DNA from: Wolbachia endosymbiont strain TRS of Brugia malayi
GTDB lineage: Bacteria > Pseudomonadota > Alphaproteobacteria > Rickettsiales > Anaplasmataceae
DNA length: 32,000 nucleotides
Direction of reading: 5' to 3'
Assembly (NCBI RefSeq): GCF_000008385.1
Contig: NC_006833.1
Location: 540,001-572,000 of the forward strand
Shown: in pieces, positions 1 to 9,760 of the stretch
Layout of the letters: each line of letters opens with the position of its first letter
Position numbering within the stretch: position 1 is the first letter of the stretch
The notes under the pieces: generated by a model
Seen by the model: the letters and a program-made list of their open reading frames with translations, nothing else
Database searches by the model: none
What the model was told of the DNA's origin: nothing
Made by a program: the position numbers and the translations under genes

Positions 1-115
1 CAGGTAAAAAGCCGTAAAGACTTGAGATCCTATTTGCTATTTGCTGAATGTATTTAAACCTATACCATTCATCAAATAGAAGATCCTTTGTTCCTCTAAC
101 TGTTTGATTAGTCAT
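1..115 (-). CDS. hisS: Histidyl-tRNA synthetase, N-terminal fragment truncated by window edge
   Basis: Reverse-strand translation from ATG at 115..113 gives [38 protein letters not shown], matching the HisRS N-terminal pattern (RGTKDLLxDE...ISSLYGF). Not in the supplied ORF track. Start overlaps the nfu stop as ATGA. Confidence 0.82.
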   Translation of the reverse strand, partial: MTNQTVRGTKDLLFDEWYRFKYIQQIANRISSLYGFLP

Positions 116-684
116 AACGTAGTCTCTATACCTGAAACCTCTGGTATGTGGTAACACAGCATATTTTGCACTCCTTGTTTTAGGGTAATTGCAGCACTTG
201 GGCATCCAGAGCAGGCTCCTTGCAGTTCAACATAAACTATTCCATCTTTATAGCCGCGGAATTTGATGTCGCCGCCGTCTTGAGCAACTGCAGGTTTGAT
301 GTAATTTTCCATCAACTCCTTTATTCTATTTACAATTTCTATATCATTTTCATCGAAAAATTCCTCATCCGGTATGTTGTTGTCATTCACTCCTTTTCTA
401 TCTAGTGCCTTCCCACCAGAGGTAAAGTGATCCATAACCGTAGTTAAAATTTCCACTTTTAATATGTCCCAACTAATCCCATCCGATTTTGTTACTGAAA
501 TAAAATCATGGCCAAAAAATACTCTTATCACATGTTCTATTTGGAAAAGGTCTGCTGCTAATTTAGAATTTTTTATTTCATCTGGATTTGAAAAATCAGC
601 AGTTTCCCTTTCGTTTAAAATCGCAAACCCAGGAAGAAATTTTAGCGTATTGGGGTTTGGTGTTTCTTCAATTTGAATGAACAT
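112..684 (-). CDS. nfu: NifU/NFU1-type Fe-S cluster scaffold protein
   Basis: [20 protein letters not shown]-terminal Nfu domain plus C-terminal NifU domain with CSGCPSA (CxxC). Confidence 0.93.
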   Translation of the reverse strand: MFIQIEETPNPNTLKFLPGFAILNERETADFSNPDEIKNSKLAADLFQIEHVIRVFFGHDFISVTKSDGISWDILKVEILTTVMDHFTSGGKALDRKGVNDNNIPDEEFFDENDIEIVNRIKELMENYIKPAVAQDGGDIKFRGYKDGIVYVELQGACSGCPSAAITLKQGVQNMLCYHIPEVSGIETTL

Positions 685-846
685 GTTATTTACCTGACGA
701 TTATAATATTACTATTTAATCACAAAATGAAAAAAATATACACGTCATTCCTTTTTTGGCACTCATGGTAGGTTAAATTTACCCTACCTAAGGTAGTTGT
801 GTCTTTCCTCAGAAGTCACACTAAAAATTATACTGGCAATAACATG

Positions 847-1014
847 TATATAGATGAGGCATTAAAAATACCGGAGCTAAATCCTGAAGCAAGTTAAAAT
901 AAAATCAATAAAACATATCAAAATTTAATTAAGTTAGTTCATCCAGACAAAGGAGGCTTAGAATATTTTGTGCAAAAGTTAAATGCAGCACGTGATAAGT
1001 TGCTAAAAAGATAA
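847..1014 (+). pseudogene. Remnant of a small DnaJ-domain (TIM14/Pam18-like) protein
   Basis: One frame reads IDEALKIPELNPEAS*NKINKTYQNLIKLVHPDKGGLEYFVQKLNAARDKLLKR*, with HPDKGG and NAARDKLL; internal stop and no intact start. Confidence 0.75.
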
Positions 1015-1170
1015 TAACTGTCTATTACATAGTAACCATTAAAAATTTTTTCGGTTTCCCATATAAATTCTACTGCTGCAGACTTAAGTTATGAATCTAA
1101 ATAAGCACTCAAATTTGAGTGCTTATTTCTTGAAAAAAACAGATATATACAGACATTAGTTTGTATTATC

Positions 1171-2052
1171 TCAGTGGAACTTAACAAGTTTATCTATAGT
1201 TTTAGTAATGATTCTTGGAGTATCCGGAGAAACCTTTGAATTAAGCCTATTTAGTTGCTCTATAGCAAATTCACTATTCTCATTGGCTATAAAATTACAC
1301 AAAATGTCTTCTATACTCTTAGTAATATTTTCATACTTTCTCAAAGGATGATTTTGTGGATACCTATTGATGGTTTTAATACTGGAATACTCGACAAAAG
1401 CTTGATCCTTAAAAGCAAGTTCTCTCAATTGTTCTTTAAGTTTTAATTCTTCCTCTTTTGCCAATAGGCAAGATTGTATCAGTGATTTTATGATTGAATT
1501 TATTGTTTGATGTATCTCATAATTTACTACAATATTAATAATATTCTCTTTTACCACACAATCATACATACTTTTTTCGCTCTTTAACAACTCTATCAAT
1601 GTTTCGCTATTTTGCGAATTTAATTCTAAATTTTCTTCGCTCATAGGAGTCATGATGAAGGTGTTTTTATTCACTCTAATGTTGAACTGTGGAGAGCCAC
1701 CAAAAAATGAAAGCACTATGCCCTTAGATTCAAGTGCATGATTACATGCAGAAAAGAGAGTGTGCGCTATAACACTGCTTGGCACCTTCATTCCGTGTTT
1801 ACTCAAGTGATGCAGTATATTTTCAACGTCATAATACGTGAAGTCTGAACTTTTTAGTAAATCAACAATCTCTATGCTATCTTGTTGTTTATACCTTATC
1901 CTTACCTCCTCTGTAAAAAGAGTTTTGGCTGCTACATGTTTATCAAGCACCGTGAAAATTTTGATGAAATTCTCTAAATCCTGTTTGTCAATTAATTCAA
2001 TAGTAATTAAGTTCCTGCTAACAATTGAAATATTTTTTGTCATTTTTCCCAC
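1171..2052 (-). CDS. Hypothetical protein, 293 aa
   Basis: Long uninterrupted ORF in an AT-rich background; no family recognised. Confidence 0.75.
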   Translation of the reverse strand: MGKMTKNISIVSRNLITIELIDKQDLENFIKIFTVLDKHVAAKTLFTEEVRIRYKQQDSIEIVDLLKSSDFTYYDVENILHHLSKHGMKVPSSVIAHTLFSACNHALESKGIVLSFFGGSPQFNIRVNKNTFIMTPMSEENLELNSQNSETLIELLKSEKSMYDCVVKENIINIVVNYEIHQTINSIIKSLIQSCLLAKEEELKLKEQLRELAFKDQAFVEYSSIKTINRYPQNHPLRKYENITKSIEDILCNFIANENSEFAIEQLNRLNSKVSPDTPRIITKTIDKLVKFH

Positions 2053-2159
2053 TAAAAAAACTCACTAAATAAATTGTATTTTTAATCCATTAAAATTTGT
2101 TTAAAGCAAATATGCTAATTCTTCATTCGTGCATTGCACAACAGTAAAAGCAAGAAAAA

Positions 2160-2528
2160 TTACATAAAATCGTCATGTGATGCTACATATTCTTCATATT
2201 CATCACTATTGCTTGTGTAAGTTGTTACATCAGTTTTATCATAATTGGTACTTAACATATCATCTAACTTCCCTTCCCTTTCAAGGTCCATCAATTTGTC
2301 ACATCCAGCAATATGGTGTACATAATTGCCATTTTTATCAGCAATAAAAATTTGCGGAACTGTTCTAACATTATACTTTAACTTTATGTTACTAAACAAA
2401 TCTGAATTTTTAAACACATCAATTTCTTCATATTTCACACCTTTCTCATCTAGCAGCTCCTTTGCTCTCTTACAGAACGGACAGTACTGCTTTATATATA
2501 TAACAACCTTTCTTTTAGCATTTTTCAC
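2160..2528 (-). CDS. grxC: Glutaredoxin 3-like
   Basis: KVVIYIKQYCPFCKRAKELLDEKGVKYEEIDV with CPFC active site, plus TVRTVPQIFI (cis-Pro motif) and GCDKL. Has an acidic C-terminal extension. Confidence 0.9.
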   Translation of the reverse strand: MKNAKRKVVIYIKQYCPFCKRAKELLDEKGVKYEEIDVFKNSDLFSNIKLKYNVRTVPQIFIADKNGNYVHHIAGCDKLMDLEREGKLDDMLSTNYDKTDVTTYTSNSDEYEEYVASHDDFM

Positions 2529-2577
2529 AATTTATCTCCGTAATTTATAAAATACAGTTATTATATATTAAGAAAGC

Positions 2578-3627
2578 ATGTATAAAATATCAAATTGTAT
2601 GAAAATTATTTATGATTACGAGAGAGGAATAGAAAATAACGTAGCATTAACCTTTGGAAACTTCGACGGCATTCACTTAGGACATGAGTTAGCAATTTCT
2701 ACTCTAAAGAAGATAGCGCAAGAAAGAGGATTTCCCTCCGCAATCTTAACTTTTGAGCCTCATCCATCAACTATTTTATTTAACAGAAATAATTTTAGAT
2801 TAATAAATCAAGAACAAAAAAAGGAACTAATCAGCAGCTATGGTATAGATTACTTATACATTATCAATTTCAATAAAGGTTTTTCTCAAATCAGCTGTGA
2901 TGACTTCATTAGCAAGATTTTGATAGATAGGTATAACACTAAACACATAATTGTCGGAGAAAGTTGTACTTTTGGTCATAAACGATTGGGTAATACACTA
3001 ATCTTAAGGAAACATTCTGAAACATATGGATATTCCTTGACTAAATTAGAACCATTAACAGTTAATGGAAAAATTTGCTCTTCTTCTTCAATTAGAGAGC
3101 ACATACAAAAGGGCGAAATAGAAATTGCTAATAAGTTGCTTGGCAGATCTTATCAAGTTTCTGGTACTGTAATGAAAGGTGCACTTAGAGGTAGAGAAAT
3201 AGGATTTCCAACCATAAACATTCCTATAGAAGATTGTATGATAAAACCTAAGTTTGGTACATATTATGCTAAAGTGGCATTTACCTCCTTAGATGTCATT
3301 CCAGCACGTGATGCTGGAATCTATAGATCCCAATATCAAAGCAATGAAACAACAGAAGGTTCCGCAAAAGGCTCATTCTCTGGCAGTGGTCCAAGTTGGC
3401 TATACGGAGTAGTCAACATTGGTATGAGGCCTACGTTTAATGACTTAAAAAAACCCATAGTAGAGATGCACATATTTGATTTCAATGAAGATATATATGA
3501 CCGTAAGGTTAATATACAACTTTTAAAGTTCATAAGATCAGAAAAAAGGTTCCTTAGTGTTGACGAATTAACAAAACAGATAAATCATGATATACTTGAA
3601 GCTTATCAGTTAAGGACAGACTTATGA
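2578..3627 (+). CDS. ribF: Bifunctional riboflavin kinase/FAD synthetase with an internal palindromic-repeat-derived insertion
   Basis: ALTFGNFDGIHLGHE, SVREHI-like SSIREHIQKG, GREIGFPTINI, VVNIGMRPTF and FDEDIYDRKVNIQLLKFIRSEKRF motifs. Confidence 0.94.
   Translation: MYKISNCMKIIYDYERGIENNVALTFGNFDGIHLGHELAISTLKKIAQERGFPSAILTFEPHPSTILFNRNNFRLINQEQKKELISSYGIDYLYIINFNKGFSQISCDDFISKILIDRYNTKHIIVGESCTFGHKRLGNTLILRKHSETYGYSLTKLEPLTVNGKICSSSSIREHIQKGEIEIANKLLGRSYQVSGTVMKGALRGREIGFPTINIPIEDCMIKPKFGTYYAKVAFTSLDVIPARDAGIYRSQYQSNETTEGSAKGSFSGSGPSWLYGVVNIGMRPTFNDLKKPIVEMHIFDFNEDIYDRKVNIQLLKFIRSEKRFLSVDELTKQINHDILEAYQLRTDL
3298..3320. repeat. Small palindromic element inside ribF
   Basis: attccagca (3298..3306), loop cgtga, tgctggaat (3312..3320): perfect 9-bp arms; resembles the intergenic copy family elsewhere in the window. 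Confidence 0.8.
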
Positions 3628-4088
3628 AAAAACTATGCTTGATTATTACACTCATAATAGTATTGACAGATCAGGCGAGCAAGCTTTACATAAATTTATT
3701 GATTGATGAAGGAGAGTCAATTGAGGTTTCCAGCTTTATAAGATTAGTTGAAGTATGGAACTCAGGTATTAGTTTTGGAATGTTCAGCACCTTACCATAT
3801 AGCGATCTTTTTTTTTCAGCATTTTCAACATTGATAATTGGTGTACTTGCATACTTAGTTTATAAGTCTAATGAGCAATTAACCTGTCTTGGTTTTTCTT
3901 TGATGATTGGTGGAGCAATCGGAAATGTAGTTGACAGGATCTACTGGGGAGCTGTATATGACTTCATATATTTTCATATTGGTGATTGGTATTGGCCAGC
4001 TTTCAATTTAGCAGATTTATATATAGTTTGCGGAATGTTTACATTGTTATATAAATGGTACATATATGATAGGTTTATTTCTAAGTGA
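3624..4088 (+). CDS. lspA: Lipoprotein signal peptidase (signal peptidase II)
   Basis: VLTDQASK, GGAIGNVVDRI, and VYDFIYFH...FNLADLYI catalytic Asp motifs; start overlaps ribF stop by 4 nt. Confidence 0.95.
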   Translation: MKKLCLIITLIIVLTDQASKLYINLLIDEGESIEVSSFIRLVEVWNSGISFGMFSTLPYSDLFFSAFSTLIIGVLAYLVYKSNEQLTCLGFSLMIGGAIGNVVDRIYWGAVYDFIYFHIGDWYWPAFNLADLYIVCGMFTLLYKWYIYDRFISK

Positions 4089-4136
4089 AATGAGGAAAAA
4101 TCATTGTTTTGAGTTCAATTATATTAGGTCAGAATA

Positions 4137-5477
4137 ATGCTTAACAAGTTCTTTAGTTTTTTTATATTACCTGTATTTTTTTTCATTTATCCAATTGTTC
4201 TGAAAACTGAAAGTGTAGAACACAACATAAAATATGCTAAACTCAGCAATGGGTTAGATGTTTATGTCGTCCCTAATTATCGAATTCCTGCTGCTCTACA
4301 CGCAATAATATATAAAGTTGGAGGAATGGATGACCCGATTGGCAAAGCAGGATTGGCTCACTATTTTGAACATTTAATGTTTGAAACTACAGGAAGGTTT
4401 AAAGACATAGAATCTACTATGAGCAGTATTGGGGCTCAATTTAACGCTGGTACAACTAAAGAATATACCATTTACTACGAATTGGTCCTCAAAAAAGATT
4501 TACCACTAGCAATGGAAGTCGAAGCAGACAGAATGGGCAACTTTAATGTTACTCAAGACAAAATAGACAGGGAAAAAAACATCGTGCTAGAAGAAAGGAA
4601 GATGAGATTTGACAATCATCCTAACAATTTATTATGGGAAGAAATGAATAGTGTATTTTACCGTACTGGCTATGGCAGATCCGTTATTGGCTGGGAAAGC
4701 GATATTAAAACTTACAATCAGGATGATATAACGAGATTTCACGATAACTATTATCACCCGAACAATGCAATACTGTTGGTTGTTGGTGATGTGGAATTTG
4801 ATGCAGTAGTGAAATTAGCGGAGGAAAAGTATGGAAAAATCAAAGCCAAGCCAGTAATTAGGTATTACCCAAATCAGGATCCAGTATACAATGCAAATCT
4901 ATCAGTAACTTTAGAAAGCGCCGAGGTAAAAGAACCAGTGTTATATTTTCGTTATCGTGTTCCTTTATTCAAGCATATAAGTGAAATTTCTGCTGTTGAT
5001 TTGGCAGTTAACATTTTAGGAAGTGGCAAATCTAGTAAACTATATAAAGATTTGGTTCTAGATAAAGACATAGCAGTGTCAGTGTCTGCTTATTATGATA
5101 GTTTAACTTTTAGTGATGGTTATATTGATATCAAGGTAACTCCAAAAAACGGAGTGAGTTTAGATATCGTTGAAAGAGAGCTAAATAGCGCTATCAATCA
5201 CTTTACCTCGGAAGGAATAACGAATGAGGAGTTGCAAAGCACAAAGTATAGGTACAAGGCGGCACAACTTGATAATCTATCGAGCCTAACCAATATAGCA
5301 TTTTTCTATGGCTCACATCTAGCACTTGGTATTCCACTTGATGAAATAGATATTTCATATAGTAAAATTGGTGATGTTAATTTAGAAGATGTAAATAGTA
5401 AAATTCGTACCATCTTTTCTGCTAATAAGTTAGTTGGTTGTTTGCTACCAAAAGGAGGTAATAATGAAGATAAGTAA
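4137..5477 (+). CDS. M16 family zinc peptidase, catalytic-type subunit
   Basis: GLAHYFEHLMFETTGRF contains HxxEH; downstream downstream Glu motif in the NIVLEERKMRFDN region; N-terminal signal/TM segment. Confidence 0.92.
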   Translation: MLNKFFSFFILPVFFFIYPIVLKTESVEHNIKYAKLSNGLDVYVVPNYRIPAALHAIIYKVGGMDDPIGKAGLAHYFEHLMFETTGRFKDIESTMSSIGAQFNAGTTKEYTIYYELVLKKDLPLAMEVEADRMGNFNVTQDKIDREKNIVLEERKMRFDNHPNNLLWEEMNSVFYRTGYGRSVIGWESDIKTYNQDDITRFHDNYYHPNNAILLVVGDVEFDAVVKLAEEKYGKIKAKPVIRYYPNQDPVYNANLSVTLESAEVKEPVLYFRYRVPLFKHISEISAVDLAVNILGSGKSSKLYKDLVLDKDIAVSVSAYYDSLTFSDGYIDIKVTPKNGVSLDIVERELNSAINHFTSEGITNEELQSTKYRYKAAQLDNLSSLTNIAFFYGSHLALGIPLDEIDISYSKIGDVNLEDVNSKIRTIFSANKLVGCLLPKGGNNEDK

Positions 5478-6774
5478 ATTTGTATTTCTATTTCTTTTCT
5501 GTCTAGGCTTTAATTTACAAGCAAGCGGTACCCTAAATATAGAAGAGGTCATTACCCGTAAAGGGTTTAAATTTTTATTCGTTGAAAACTGTGATTTACC
5601 AAAGGTCTCACTGAACATATCGTTCAAAGATGCAGGTTACGCATATGAGAATGTAGAAAAACAGGGACTTACTTGGTTCACTTCCCTTGCAATTCAAGAA
5701 GGAGCGGGAAAAAATGATGCCAAAGATTTTGCAAAAAAGCTTGAAGATAAAGGGATTAGCTTAAATTTTATTGCTGGTTTAGAAGCATTTAGGGCTTCGT
5801 TAAATACTTTGTCTGAGAATCTAGAGGAAGCAGTTTCGTTACTAAGCGATGCTATAATGCACCCTAAAGTTGACCTCGAAGGATTGAATAGAGCTTTTGA
5901 GAAAGCCAAAGTTAATTTTAATAATCTTGAAAAAGATCCTTATTTTATTGCTGGAAAAGAATTAAATACGTTGTTGTTTAAGAAACATCCTTACTCAAAA
6001 AGTGAGTATGGAATTCTTGATACTATAATGAGCATTACTAGAGATGATGTTCTAGCGTACGTAAAGCGTAATTTCACTAAAGATAATATAGTTATTAGTG
6101 TTGTTGGTTGCACAACAAAGGAAGAAGTTAGTGCACTACTGGATAAATATTTATCAAAACTACCATTAAAAAGATCAAAAGTCAGAAAAATACCTGTAAA
6201 AAATAACTTTGGCCCTGCAGAAAGTAAAAACATTTTTATGGATATACCGCAGAGTGTAATATTTTTTGCCCAAAAAGGTATAGCTTATGAAGATCCTGAT
6301 TATTATAGCGCCAGCGTCTTAATTAATGCGCTTGGCGGCATGGGACTAAATTCAATATTAATGAAAGAATTGAGGCAAAACTTGGGTATTACTTACGGTG
6401 TTTTTGCACATATTATCCCCAATAAACATGGGAATGCTATAGTTGGAAATATGAGTACTGATAGCTCTACTGCTGGCAAAGCTATATTAGCAGTAAAAGA
6501 TACATTGAGCAGAATAAAAAGGGAAGGAATTGATGAACAATTGTTCAAGGATGCAAAAACCATTTTAGTAAATAACCTTACCTTTTTTCTATCTAATAAC
6601 ACAAATACAGCAATGCTATTAGATGATATGCAGATAAATGATCGTGACGTTAACCGCATAAATAATTATGCGGATATCATTAATGACGTTAAATTAGAGA
6701 AAGTAAATGAACTGGCAAGTTCTTTATTAGATCCTGAAAATTTATTCTTTGTTAAAGTCGGAAGAAACACTTAA
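5464..6774 (+). CDS. M16 family peptidase-like protein, probably non-catalytic partner
   Basis: M16 fold sequence (GMGLNSILMKELRQNLGITYGV), signal peptide MKISKFVFLFLFCLGFNLQASG, no HxxEH. ORF track starts at 5434, but the signal peptide begins at ATG 5464, overlapping the upstream gene end. Confidence 0.88.
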   Translation: MKISKFVFLFLFCLGFNLQASGTLNIEEVITRKGFKFLFVENCDLPKVSLNISFKDAGYAYENVEKQGLTWFTSLAIQEGAGKNDAKDFAKKLEDKGISLNFIAGLEAFRASLNTLSENLEEAVSLLSDAIMHPKVDLEGLNRAFEKAKVNFNNLEKDPYFIAGKELNTLLFKKHPYSKSEYGILDTIMSITRDDVLAYVKRNFTKDNIVISVVGCTTKEEVSALLDKYLSKLPLKRSKVRKIPVKNNFGPAESKNIFMDIPQSVIFFAQKGIAYEDPDYYSASVLINALGGMGLNSILMKELRQNLGITYGVFAHIIPNKHGNAIVGNMSTDSSTAGKAILAVKDTLSRIKREGIDEQLFKDAKTILVNNLTFFLSNNTNTAMLLDDMQINDRDVNRINNYADIINDVKLEKVNELASSLLDPENLFFVKVGRNT

Positions 6775-6973
6775 AGCAAACGGTCACTATAATATGGATA
6801 AATTTTGAACTATATATCCTTATTTCAGGTGAAGGATAATACAAAAAGCGCTAAAACAGGAAACAAAAAGTCTTAGTAGACTCATTAATAATGACATTGT
6901 CCGCATCAACACAGGTATATTCATCATTGTTAATTTGATACATATTACAAGCTGACAAGTAGGCATAACAAGT

Positions 6974-7204
6974 ATGCTCTCAGTAATATTAGCACAGGTG
7001 TTTTTTTGTTTAATTTCCCTGATTTCAAATGTATACTCTTTTTTTGATTATTTCAGAGAAAAAAGCCTATATAAAAAATGTAACTACAAGAAAACACTAG
7101 AAGCAAAAAGAAGGAACGAATATAGAATTCAAGGTATTTGTTTGGACATTCTATGCGATGTACTATTTTTAACTGGTGCTTGCAGTTTCTATTGCTTTAT
7201 TTAG
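6974..7204 (+). CDS. Small hypothetical ORF, possibly spurious or remnant
   Basis: 76 aa ORF with two hydrophobic segments; no recognised family. Confidence 0.3.
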   Translation: MLSVILAQVFFCLISLISNVYSFFDYFREKSLYKKCNYKKTLEAKRRNEYRIQGICLDILCDVLFLTGACSFYCFI

Positions 7205-7671
7205 TAGTCCTGTAGTTCTTTTCATTACTATACCACTCATTACATTAGGTTGTGTAGTGATGGTTGAACATAACTCACTCTATTTACCGTCAAGTTAAAA
7301 ACTTTAAAAACCACTCTTCACAACTTTCAAAAGAGAAACAGTAAGAGCTGCACACAGAGATGAAAAAAGAAATAAATTCATCACGCCTTTACAAAATTGC
7401 AGCAAAAGTCCTGCCTAACATAATAGTACTAGCAAGATTGCACACTAATAAGGAGAACAAAGAAAAACGAAAAAGGTTAACTTTTAAAAGAAATGCTGAA
7501 ATGAGGTAACAGGAAATAAGTTAACAGTAATACAGTGAGTAAAAAGATAAAGTTGTCGAAGCACCAAGTAAAGATAACAAAAAGGAAAATATTAAACGCA
7601 ATTCTGAAGTTTCATCAATCATACCTTTTTTGAGTGAAAATGTAGTTGATAAAGAGAAAGACAGCAATACT

Positions 7672-8253
7672 TCATGGTCTCTCTAGTTTTCTACTTAGCA
7701 TTGCTATTAACCTTACTGCTTCTACGTAACATTTATGCTCTTCAGACAAGATGCGTTTTGAGAGGCTATGAATATCATCATTTGGTAACACTGGTACAGC
7801 AGCTTGAGCAATTATAGCTCCAGCATCAACTTCAGAAGTGACGTAATGCACGGTACAACCCGTAACTTTTACACCTGCTTTCAGGGCTTGCTCCTGGGCA
7901 TTTAGGCCCTTGAAAGAAGGAAGTAAAGAGGGATGGACATTTATAACTTTGCCATGCCATTTATTAAGAAAGTCAGCTTTGAGAATTCTCATAAACCCCG
8001 CAAGGCAAACTAAATTAACCTCATGTTGAACAAGTATTTCATGAATTTTATCAACATCAAGTGGTTTGTTTTCAACAACAAATGTTGGCATTCCTGCTTG
8101 CTCTGCTACTTTTAAACCAGCAGCTTTATTATTGTTGGAGATAACACATGCCATTTCTGCAGGAAAGCCGTAATTTTGACATGCTTTCATTAATGCTTGC
8201 ATGTTCGATCCCCTACCTGAAATTAGTATTCCGAGTTTTACCTTTTTCATCAT
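7672..8253 (-). CDS. purN: Phosphoribosylglycinamide formyltransferase
   Basis: KLGILISGRGSNMQALMKA, LAGFMRIL, NVHPSLLPSFKGL, TGCTVHYVTSEVDAGAIIAQAAVPV motifs. Confidence 0.96.
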   Translation of the reverse strand: MMKKVKLGILISGRGSNMQALMKACQNYGFPAEMACVISNNNKAAGLKVAEQAGMPTFVVENKPLDVDKIHEILVQHEVNLVCLAGFMRILKADFLNKWHGKVINVHPSLLPSFKGLNAQEQALKAGVKVTGCTVHYVTSEVDAGAIIAQAAVPVLPNDDIHSLSKRILSEEHKCYVEAVRLIAMLSRKLERP

Positions 8254-9238
8254 GTATAGTTAATTTATAGTCTAGTGTGAGAATTAATATTAGCAGAATA
8301 GCCCAAAAGGAAAACTTATTTTATGGCGAAGAAGTAACTTACTTAGACTTTTTTGCATAGCTTTAGCAACATGCATGGGTATCCAGCCGCCATTTAGGTA
8401 GCTCAAAAACTACTTAATAAGCTTTACCAGTCTCGTTATTACTAACAATAAAGCTGTTTTATAATTCTAAGTCTATTGGAAGCCTGGATCTAGGGGTTCT
8501 ATTCTTTTAGTGTGTTGCATTTAATTTCTATAAGGTTTTTTGCTACATTCTTTTTGAACTTTTTATAGTGTGGTTGTTATACCCAATGTCATAAATTATA
8601 CTTAATTAAGTGTTTAAAAATACTAAAAAAACGCCAATAAATAATATAGGCTATGCAAAACCTAATAATGAACTGCCTCACGCATCTAGCTTAAATTGGC
8701 TTTAACGCTTAGATATTTTGCTGTTTTTATTTAGTATATAATTATAAGTATATATTTTTGTAATTGAGTTATTATTTATTTAACAAAGTATTAGTATAAT
8801 CTATTGACTGGATTAATGGAGAAATTTGAATGAGCAAATTACCGAACAATGCTAAAATAAGTAAGTCTCAGGTTACCCAGTGGGAAGTAATAAAAAGTTG
8901 TGAATATGATGATAACTGCTTGTCAAAAATACTAACTTTATACGTTATCAAAATGGTTCAGCTATCAGACCTATATAAGCGATGAACCTGAAATCAACAC
9001 TATTCTGACAAGAGTAAGTGTGACAAGTGAAAATGTATTTTTAAATAAGGCTGCTACTATTGAAATCATGGAAGACATTTTTCCATGTAAATTTAACAGT
9101 AAGAAGAAAATATAACATATTAAGACTAGAAGACTTGTACAATCATTTATGCTCTATTGTTGGCAATATAGTCTTCTAAAAGAAATGCTTGAAAGTCTAG
9201 TAATGAAATATAAGGACACTGTTAACTTATTTAAGCAA

Positions 9239-9760
9239 TTACCTAATTGAGCACAGTATTTTCAAAACTTCGTTCTCTATTTCAGAAACGCCACTTTCAA
9301 GGCTTTCATCTATCAAACACATGATAGACAGATATATCTGTCGTTTTTTTGCAACATCAATAGTTAAAGTACCAGGGGTAATTGTGACTGAATTGGCAAA
9401 TAATGCAATACTCCCATCGTTATGCCCTTTGCACTTCTTTAGGATAATTATCGGCTCAAGTTTAAGTTTAGCTTGCAGTACCTTTTTTATTACGTAAATA
9501 CTCGATAGAATGACTTGATATATCAACCATGATATATAACTTAACAATTTATAAAACTCCAGTCTATTTGTACCATTTAAGATCTGGCTAAGAGCGTTTT
9601 CAGCATCCATCAACCGCTTAAAGACAAACAGCGTAAACATAGAGGAAAATATTCCACAAGAAACAAAAAATGGTTCAAAATAACCAGACAATATAGTCCA
9701 TAGAGAAAATAAAATTATAAAGGACAGAGAAAAAAACTTGATTTTTTGCCTAAGGTTCAT
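9239..9760 (-). CDS. mnhE: Na+/H+ antiporter subunit E (MnhE/MrpE) family protein
   Basis: Hydrophobic N-terminal half followed by ALFANSVTITPGTLTIDV, the signature of MnhE/MrpE. Confidence 0.85.
   Translation of the reverse strand: MNLRQKIKFFSLSFIILFSLWTILSGYFEPFFVSCGIFSSMFTLFVFKRLMDAENALSQILNGTNRLEFYKLLSYISWLIYQVILSSIYVIKKVLQAKLKLEPIIILKKCKGHNDGSIALFANSVTITPGTLTIDVAKKRQIYLSIMCLIDESLESGVSEIENEVLKILCSIR

Noticed and set aside
220-676. Plus-strand ORFs at 220..405 and 464..676
   Set aside because: Antisense to nfu, which has clear domain homology.
767-788. ggtaggttaaatttaccctacc near-palindrome upstream of nfu
   Set aside because: Short, one mismatch and no loop; plausible by chance or part of decayed sequence, with no evidence for function.
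1255-2550. Plus-strand ORFs at 1255..1446, 1838..2068, 2326..2550
   Set aside because: Antisense shadows of the 293-aa ORF and grxC.
5445-6659. Minus-strand ORFs within the second M16 peptidase gene
   Set aside because: Shadow ORFs opposite a well-supported coding gene.
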